Source of the DNA: the human T2T-CHM13v2.0 reference genome, Homo sapiens
Length of the DNA stretch: 64,000 bases
Reading direction: 5' to 3' (one strand)
Assembly (NCBI RefSeq): GCF_009914755.1
Contig: NC_060928.1
Both the position numbers and the translations under genes were made by a program. Below, piece after piece: positions 55,031 through 64,000 of the stretch; positions within the stretch are counted from its first letter, which is position 1, and every line of letters starts with the position of its first letter. The notes beneath the pieces are model-generated. The model ran no database searches. It saw only the letters and a program-made list of their open reading frames with translations, and was not told the origin of the DNA.

Positions 55031-57523
55031 TCCACAGATTTGTGTTTTAAGCTATCTGAAATTGTTTGAGCAAATATTTTTTGAAGTGAATTCAGAAATC
55101 AGGACAGAAACCACACTGGGTCCAGGACCATATTAAATCTAATAGTTAACTGGATTGGGTCTAGCTAGAAGTTTGAATGTCTGACTGGGTCAGAAAAAAA
55201 AATGGCAGTAAATGGCAATATTGCAGGGAGTGAAAGCTCTTGCTTTCAGAAATTCATGGGAATTTTTGTGTTTTATCCATTTTGCTTCTTGTTCTGTACT
55301 TAGGTAGGAAAAAATCATTGACTAAGTTGCTCAAAGGGATCTAAGAGCCAAATCCAAGTTTTGATGTCAAAATGAGATTCTTAATTTCTGAAGAACTGAG
55401 TAATCAACCTTGCAGATATGCCTACATTTATGTGTATAAGTATTAGGCCCCAGAAGCAGCAAATGCTTACAAAAAATGCAAAATTTTACTATAGATAATT
55501 TAAAATTACAGTGGGACATTCCATATGAGCAGTGTTGCACTTTAAGACATGCATTTCAAGATGAGATCTCCTGAATTAGGCTAATCCAGGGATGCTGGTT
55601 GAAGCTTCTAAAAAGCCTGAAACTCCCTTTTAAAAGACTTTATAAAAGGAAAACAAAAAACTTAAGCAACCAATTGCAAAGAAAAATGGAATCTACTAAC
55701 CTTTTGGCTTAGTTATCATTCCCCTCTAAAGGTTAAAAAAAAGCAGGATAAAGTGTTTATAAGAGATAGGCCCTCAGGTTAAGTAGGCTCACTTCTTTCT
55801 TGGAGCTACTCATGCTGAGTCCAGACATAGAAAATGTTTTCTTTGCCCTTTTCCTTAAGGGTCTCCACTCTGAACTCAGTAAATTTTTGTGACTTAGATA
55901 GATATTTTGAAACTCTTTTGTAAAAGAAATTTACATCTAGAAAAGAAATCTCCCTTTGTAAGGGTGTCTGCCTCTATGAACCTGGAGGAGAGGGAAGACT
56001 GAGTCACTTAGAAACTCTTATCATTGGTTTAAATTTACATAACAAGTCTTATTTAAGTTTAAGGTGCTTTTTCAGGACATCTTGTCTTAACTGGGTCTTT
56101 ACCTCCTTCTTTCCTTGTTTGGGTAAAACTGATATACTATTTAGGCATAAAGTTCTAGCTGTGTGTTTTTGACATATAAATTTTCCATCTTGTTTCACCT
56201 AAGAGTTGTCCATTTAGAAGTGATAATTTATGATTTACTAATTAATAATTGCTTAAGAAAATAAACAGGTAATTTAAAAATTGATAGTCTGAATGTGGAA
56301 AAGAAAAGCTATTTGGAATTTGGCAAAAAACACACAATCTGATTGAAAGCTATAAGATCTATTTCTATCTGTGTCTGTATGTCAGTATGTTTATGTGTTA
56401 TGTGTATATGGTAGTTCTATGTGATTTCAGATATTATTTGGTAAATAAAGCTAATTTTAAAATTGTAGGTAAAATAAAACAGAAATGTCTTCAAGATTGC
56501 CAGTATTAAATATAATTTAGACATTTTTTTCCTGGGCCTAATGGTCAGACTGGTTTATGCTATCCTAAAACATATTTTGGGGTCATAAAACTGCAGCTCC
56601 TGTAATATTTTTGATACATGCTTGATTTGTCTATAAGCTAAAGTTGTAAGTGCTGGCTACTGGGTTCCTCTAACATCTTGCCCACACCTTACTGTGAGAT
56701 TAGTGTCTTTGGTTTTGAGCCTCTAGATAGGTGGCCATGGTGAGGCCTGGAGGCACATGCATGTCCTCAGCATATGTGCCACCAGCTGCAAGGCAAAGTC
56801 CTGTTTTCCCTAGCCTGAGTGTACCTTCTGACCAGGTGGGAAGGTTTGTATCCTCCAGGCATCATCTTCACAGCTCTAGACTCTGTCCTAAGCTTTATAT
56901 CTGCTATGTCAATTGTGAATCCAGACAAGCTCTGTCCTTCAGAGTTATCCTGTCATATGGACAACTGGGAACCCTGGAGAATAAAAGAAGACAGTAGAGA
57001 TGATACTTGTGTTATTGTAAAAAATTATTTTTAGTTATTTTAAATAAATAAAATGAAATAAGTCATTATATTTAATTAAGTAATAAATAATCATAAAATA
57101 TCAGTCATTTCTAAGCAAGTTAAGATACTGAAACATTAATTATTAGATATACATTTAAGTTTTTATGCTTTGACATTTTATATAGTATAAAAAGCTACAT
57201 ATATTTATATCTGTTAATAAACAAAAAATTGAGAAAACATATCTTTCTGAATGATATGAAATAATTTTCAACCTTAAATATTAATATAAAACCGTTTAAA
57301 TCATATGTTTTCTAGATTTTTTCACTGATAATTAGGGTTATTAAAAGTAAAAATTGTAGTTGATATAAGTAATTAAAACTAGTGAATATAAGAGAAACAA
57401 TTCTATATACAGAGTGTATGAGGAAAGCAAGGTATATTTTTGACAAGGAAAGTTTTAAAGGCATGAAAATGTGTGTTTGTTGAGAAGAAATAATTTCATG
57501 TAGTATAAAAGTTATTTAAAGTT

Positions 57524-59779
57524 TTATATGGTTTGGTTCTGTGTCCTGAACCAAATCTCATCTTGAATTGTAGTTTTCATAATCCCCTTGTATTGTGGGA
57601 AGGACCCAGTAGGAGGTAATTGAATCATGAGGTTGGTTATCCCCATGCTGTTCTTGTGATAGTGAGTGAGTTCTCACAAGATCTGATGGTTTTATAAGGG
57701 GCTTTTCACTTTTTGCTCAGCATTTCTCTCTCCTGCCACCATGTGAACAAGAACATGTTTGCTTCCCCTTCTGCCATAATTGCAAGTGTCCTGAGGCCAC
57801 CCAGGCATTCAGAACTGTGAGTCAATTAAACACCTTTCCTTTATAAATTACCCAGTCTCAGGTATACCTTCACAGCAGCATGAAAAGGAACTAATATAGT
57901 AAATTTGTGCCACAGAGAGTAGGGTGCTGATACAATGATGCCCCAAAACATGGAAGCTATTTTGGAATTGGGTAATAGCCTGAGGCTAGAACAGTTTGGA
58001 GAACTCAGAAGAATACAGAAAGATGTGGGAAAGTTTAAAACTTCCTAGAGACTTCTTAAATGGCTTTGACAAAAATGCTGATAGTGATATGGATAATAAA
58101 GTCCAGCCTGAAGTGGTTTCAGATGGAGATGAGGAACTTATTGGGAACTGGAATAAAGGTGATATTTGCTATGCTTTAGCAAAGAGACTGGTGGCATTTT
58201 GCCCCTTCCCTAGAGATCTGTGGTCTTTGAACTTGAGGGAGATGACATAGGGTATCTGGCAGAAGAAATTTCTAAACAGCAAAGTGTTCAAGAAATGACA
58301 AAGCATAAAAGTTTGGAAAATTTGCAGCCTGATGTTATAATAGAAAAGAAAAACCCATTTTCTAGGGATAAATTCAAGCCCACCACAGAAATTTGCATAA
58401 GTAAACAGGAGTCAAATGTTAATCACTGAGAAAATGGGGAAAATGTCTCCAGAGCATGTCAGAGACCTTTGTGGCAGCCCCTCCCACCACAGGCCTAAAG
58501 GCCTAGGACAGTAAAATTGTTTCATGGGCCATGTTCAGGGCCTTGCTTTGGGCAGTCTTGCAACTTGGTGCCCTATGTCTCAGCCATGGCTAAAAGTGGC
58601 CAACCTACAGCTCAGATCATTGCTTCAGATGATACAAGCCCCAATCCTTGACAACTTACACGTGGTGTTGGGCGTGTGGGTACATAGGTGGGAAACTCTA
58701 CCTAGATTTCAGAGGATGTATGGAAATGCCTGGATGTTCAGGCAGAAGTTTGCTGCAGGGGCAGAGCCCTCATGGAGAACCTCTGCTAGGGCAATGCAGA
58801 AGGGAAATGTGAGGTTAGAGCCTCCAAACGGAGTCCCCCAACTAGGGCACTGCCTAGTGGAGCTGTGAGAAGAGGGCCAGCATCATCCAGACCCCAGAAT
58901 TGTAGATCCACCAACAGCTTCTGCCCTGCACCTGGAAAAGCTGCAGACACTCAGTGCAGTCTATGAAAGCAGATGGGAGGGGGGCTCTACCCTGCAAAGC
59001 AAAAGGGTGGAGCTGTCCAAAGCTGTGGGTGCCCACATCTTGCATCAGCATGACCTGATGTGAGACATGGAGTCAAAGGAGATCGTTTAGAAAATTTAAG
59101 TTTTAATTATTGCCCTATTGGATTTTGGACTTGCATGAGGCCTGTAGCCTCTTCGTTTTGGCTAATTTCTATATTTGGAACTGGTGTATTTACCCAGTGC
59201 CTGCACCCTCATTGTATCTAGGAGGTAACTAACTTGCCTTTGATTTTACAGGCTCATAGGCAGAAGGTACTTGCCTTGTCTAAGGTGGGACTTTAGACAT
59301 GGGCTTTTGAGTTAATGCTGGAATGAGGTAGACTTTGGGGGACTATGGGAAAGGCATTAATGCATTTTGAAATGTGAGGACTTGAGACTTGAGAGGGGAC
59401 TGAGTTGGAATAAATGGTTTGTCTCTTTGTCCCCACCTAAATCTCATCTTGAATTGTAGTTTCCATAATCCCCATGTATCATGGGTGGGACCTGATGAGA
59501 GGTAATTGAATCATGGAGGCAGTTATCCCCATGCTGTTCTCATGAAAGTGAATGAGTTCTTATGAGATCTGATGGTTTTATAAGGGAATTTCCCCCTTTG
59601 CTTGGCACTTCTCTCTCTTGCTGCCATGTGAAGGAGGATGTTTACTTCCCCTTCCACCATTGTAAGTGTCCTGAAGCCTCCCTAGCCATGCAGAACTGTG
59701 AGTCAATTAAACGTTTTTCTTTTATAAATTACCCAGTCTTGGATATTTCTTCATAGCAGTGTGAAAATGAACTAATACA
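57524..59779 (+). mobile_element. Full-length THE1 (THE1C/D-like): LTR 57524-57898, internal, LTR 59411-59779
   Basis: Two LTRs, internal ORF remnant RKMWESLKLPRDFLNGFDKNADSDMDN, 5-bp TSD aagtt/aagat. Confidence 0.93.
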
Positions 59780-61429
59780 AAGATTATTTCAAATTGATTA
59801 AATAAAAAAAAACAATAAGGCTAAGTTATTTTTGTGAGAAAAGAGGATGGAAAAAATGTAAGAGATTATAAAAGATTTATGGAAATAATGTGTGATAAAA
59901 AGCTAACTGGGGTTGCAAAAGTTTGTTTATAAAGTTTTATTAAAACTAGCTTTAGTATTGATAATACACTAATACAAACATAAAATTTGGTTTTCTCTTT
60001 TAAACAAAATTTTCATGTAGTAGTCGTAAGTCATACTAAAATATTTTTGTTCACCTTTTCATTAAAATCAACCTTTTGGAAAAAAAAAAGACTGAGAGAG
60101 GTGTGAATGAGACAAAAATTCTGTCCAATGCTGTTTTTATTAGGTCTTGGATTGTTTGGAAAACTGAGTTTATTCTCTATAAAATAAAATATTGGCTTCT
60201 TAAAAATTAAAATTTTATAATTATCACTTTGGCAAAATGAATGGTTATTATTTTATAGTGACTTGTGTGTGATCCTATTTTGATTAAGTGTTTAAAATCT
60301 TTGACATATTTGACCAGCTTCTCCAAGTCAATTTCAAATTCAAGGTTAAATCTTTTTTGACCTCAAACTAATGTAGGAGGACTTTAACTTTGGAGGACTA
60401 AAGAGGACCATTGCAGCATCCAAAAGAGAGATAAACAGTCTTACATGATATGCTAAATGATATGGGAAGAATTGTCAAATATAATATAATATTTAATATT
60501 CTTTGAGTTATATTTTAATGGATTTGTTATTACTATATGTTTCAAAATTGTATGAGAGTCCTAAAATTTTGATACATCATGATATATGTTATCAGTCATA
60601 ATTATGGTTATTATTCTAAATTATTGTAGCCCAAATGTTCTTGTCAATTGCATCTTTAACCATAATCATATTAAGTCCTGAACACTGTTAATTGTTTAAT
60701 TTTGATGCATTCTCTCTCTCTTTGGAAGAAATTATAATCCTAAACTGTTGTGTCTTCAAGGAGGTTCATGAAAAGAATAGAAAGGACCCTGACAATCACT
60801 CTCGAAAGGAGATTTTTAACAAAATTTGGATTATATCATTTGGACTGGGTGAGAATTCCCAGAACTCTAACGTAGAGATGGACTGGTTTATACAATGGCT
60901 AACCCAGCAGGATAAGAACTAATTGCATACCAAGAAAAAACCTTGCCAGAGTTTCGTGCTAAATTATCCAGTATTAAAATTGTTAAGATATGCAATTTGT
61001 GTAAACTGCGTGGTCCAAGTCAAATTACCTATGATCCTATGATAACCCACTTAATAAACACTACTATGCACCTGAATTTGAGAAACCAAATTGGTATTTA
61101 AGCAGATAATATTTAATTTTAAGCATCAATTCATGGAGAACCTATATGGCCCCCTGCTCCTTCCTGTCTTCTTTTCTTTTTCATCCTGTTTTTAAAGCTC
61201 CCATTATAAATATCTCTGTGCTCCATGACTCATCATAACAGAGATAAAATAATCCAGTATATTACCTAATTCAATCATATATTTGTAGATGAACAAATGT
61301 CAATCATTGGTCAAAAACCATTTTTATAAATTTAGAACAGTCACCACAATCGATCCAATGATCAATGTTTGGTCAGCTAAACTCCTGAAGGACTATTTGA
61401 ATATTTGATTTTATTTAACTGCCAATTTC

Positions 61430-61620
61430 AATGGTTTCTGGTTGTCTAGAAGTGTTTTTATGCAAAAAGTCTGATGCTATTACAGTAGGTAAAAGGTTAT
61501 TAGGAAATATCTTTCCTTCATGGAGCATGCCTGAAGAAATCTTTAGTGATGGAGGTACTTGTTTCACTAGACTCATTGCAAAACAATTAAATAGAGTATT
61601 ATAGATTCAATTACATTACA
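61430..61620 (+). pseudogene. pol: ERV integrase core remnant
   Basis: Translates as CKKSDAITVGKRLL and NIFPSWSMPEEIFSDGGTCFTRLIAKQLNRVL*, resembling the retroviral IPxWGxPxxIxSDxGxxF motif. Confidence 0.7.
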
Positions 61621-62467
61621 CAAAGATAACTGAATCAACTGGATTGCATCAGTCAAAAGTATTGCAGATTGATTACAATCAGATTTACTTCCACTGGAAA
61701 ATATAATTTACCCCTTATAAAATTGTCACTAGAATTATCCCCAATATTAAAACCTCACGTATCTTTCAGATATGACTAAATGTTGCAAGATTTTAATGTA
61801 TTACATTAAAGTGTATTTTCACTAGGTAAAGGAAGCTTTCATGATCCACCAACTGAAGACAATCAAACCCTTCAGGATCTATAACCCAGACATTTGGTTT
61901 TATGTAAACCATCAGAAAAAACTGCACTTGCCACCACAATGCAGCAACATTTTGGAACCTCAAACCTTGGTCCTGTAATCTCACAACTCAGTACGGCCCC
62001 TTCAGACTCTTGGAATTGTGCATGTATTAGAAACCTTAAAGTAAAGCTAATCGACAAATTTCTCCCCAGAAGCAGACAGTATCTTAGACATGAACAGCTT
62101 TCCTACGATCGAGGATAAGATTTTTCTGCCATCATGAAACTCTTCTCTCTCTTAATTTTGCTTTCTTATTTATGATTCTATGAATTATAGAACTGAAAAG
62201 GGGGCCTTTTGTATACCCATGGGGTATATTTTTATTTGTTGAGGATTTCACAGATAATTTTATACAGGGGAAGCCTTAGGCCTTGATGGATGGAATATAA
62301 ATGTTCAATGTGGGCTAGGAATTTTAATGGTACCTTTGTTTCTCCATAGTCAGAAACAGAATATTTATTCACTCCTCTTAAACTCCATCATAGAATAGAG
62401 AGAATGTTGCAAGGAGGCCTTTACCCTTCTGGATGGGCATCATTTATTAGGTCCCTTTTTTATGACT

Positions 62468-62900
62468 TGGAGTAAATGCAAATGAGGCAATGATTAGAAA
62501 TGTATCCCTTGTAATAGGCAGTGTAGCAGATTCTATTGCAAAGATTATCGTTCACAACAGACTTCTTTAAGTTTTCTTGCTAAAGTTGAGCTAGATAATA
62601 GAATTGTTTTACTGGTTGAATAGGGAGTAATCAGTGCAGTTGCTGACACTTCTTTTGCACGTGGACGAATACATCATGTATCACAGAGACTCAGTGGCAA
62701 GGGATTAACAAACGGGCTGCTCAGTTAAAACAAATACACTCTTCATCTGGTTCATTATGATAATTCTTTATTTTAGTTGGTTTGGTTCATGGGGACCCTG
62801 GCTATAGAGTAAACTCCCAACTATTGGTATTATCCTCCTGAGAGTTATAATAGTAGTCTCCCTGGTGTGCTTTACTCTTTCAAAAGTTTTTAATGTTCAC
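62468..62900 (+). pseudogene. env: ERV env transmembrane-subunit remnant
   Basis: Frameshifted NEAMIRNVSLVIG / QQTSLSFLAKVELDNRIV (immunosuppressive domain-like) / FSWFGSWGPWL*...IGIILLRVIIVVSLVC (anchor). Confidence 0.75.
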
Positions 62901-63457
62901 ATGCAGCCATGCAGAGAATGCCAAACGGTCTCTTTTCAATTGAAATGACAAAAATTCAAAGAAATAAGTAATCATGAGGACACTGTAACCTATAAACGAC
63001 AAAGTAAGACCAAAACCCAAAATGATGGAGACCAGAAACCCAGAATGAGGTAACTGGGAGTAGTGCCAAAACTGGGAATTGTTAAACAAAATAATGGGAG
63101 GCAATTTTCTTGGATTGAACTCATGCACTAGGTCCACAGATCAAGCCAAAATGAGACACTAATACTATATGCTACATAAGTAAACTGAAACTTTAAGGAA
63201 GCAGATAGATCCCAAAACAGTTAATTTTTTTTCACCTGAAAACAATAGATTAGTGTGTAATAGAGAAATCCCCTCTGCTCTAATCCTTACAAAACAGTTA
63301 CCTGAAGTAATCAATCAGGTTTCCTTTTTTCCATTGTTCCCACCTTACAAAACCCACTGTTCTGCTATTTTCCAGTGGAGTTTAAGACCAAGTAAGTCCA
63401 TTTATCATGGTGACATAAAGACATCAATGCTTAAAGTTTTGGTCAAAGTCTCAATAT

Positions 63458-63846
63458 TTTAGCCTAAAGCTGACTCCTTACATATTTTTAACTTTAGCCT
63501 AAAGATTTCCTCATACATAGTGAACTCTAACCTAACTGAATGTGTAAACAGACTGTAACCTACTCTTGTTACAAATAGCCACATCTCATCCAATCACAGC
63601 AGCTGAGTTTCAGCCAGTCGCAGACAGCCAACTGTTAAAACTACATTCAAAGACGCCAAAAACTGACTTGTGACCAATTCAGCTATTTCTGTATCTCACT
63701 TCCCTTTTCTGTCCATAAATGTTTTGCGGTCATGTGACAGCCCCCAAATCACTCTGAACCTATTCCAGTTTGAGAGCTTCCTAATTCTCAAAGCTTTCTT
63801 TGCTCAGTGAAGCCCTGTTTAATTGTTTTAAGTTTTTCTTTTAACA
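63458..63846 (+). mobile_element. MER57 LTR (3' LTR of the provirus)
   Basis: tttagcctaaagctgactccttacatattt...gtaaacagactgtaacctactcttg...gtttttcttttaaca. Confidence 0.88.
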
Positions 63847-64000
63847 CTATGTTCTCAACTACAATTGTAATCAATATAGAAAATGATTCCTGTGAAGGTT
63901 GCTAAATTGATTAAATTATTTTTCAAACTTCTAGTTGCTCTCACCTTGGGCTCTTAATCACTGTATTAAAAGAACTAAAATTTTGTTTCTCAATACTAAT

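Larger units (their letters stand above)
55031..63455 (+). mobile_element. MER4-group (MER57-type) ERV1 internal sequence, decayed, no 5' LTR seen
   Basis: AT-rich MER4-type internal text, integrase and env remnants, contiguous with a MER57 3' LTR. Confidence 0.75.

Noticed and set aside
57996-58868. THE1 internal ORFs as a novel protein
   Set aside because: Standard fragmented MaLR internal ORF found in many copies.
62468-62900. Domesticated syncytin-like env
   Set aside because: Multiple stops and frameshifts, a degraded CX6CC motif and no intact SU subunit or long ORF.

Overview
This is AT-rich, CpG-poor primate genomic DNA. A consensus-identical AluYa5 indicates it is human. It looks intergenic or deep-intronic, and much of it is layered transposable-element debris: L1 of many ages, Alu/FLAM, MIR, L2, MaLR (THE1, MLT1), ERV1/ERVL LTRs, a decayed MER57-type provirus, and Hsmar2, MADE1, MER1A and Charlie1 DNA transposons. 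I found no credible host protein-coding gene, RNA gene or CRISPR array. The ORF-track entries are repeat-derived or random. I cannot support a new multi-gene biological system here. The most interesting signals are mechanistic scars: (1) a young L1PA insertion with both a twin-priming 5' inversion and a 3' transduction inside an exact 18-bp TSD; (2) an MLT1C LTR split by a 4.3-kb block that may be an old L1PB1 3' transduction; (3) a nearby ~65-bp templated copy inside a TG microsatellite; (4) a fold-back hairpin duplication; (5) a pristine AluYa5; (6) a CpG-retaining ERV1 LTR; (7) a full THE1 element with intact DUX4-type motifs. Subfamily names come from recalled consensus sequences, not from a RepeatMasker run. 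Boundaries of old repeats are approximate.
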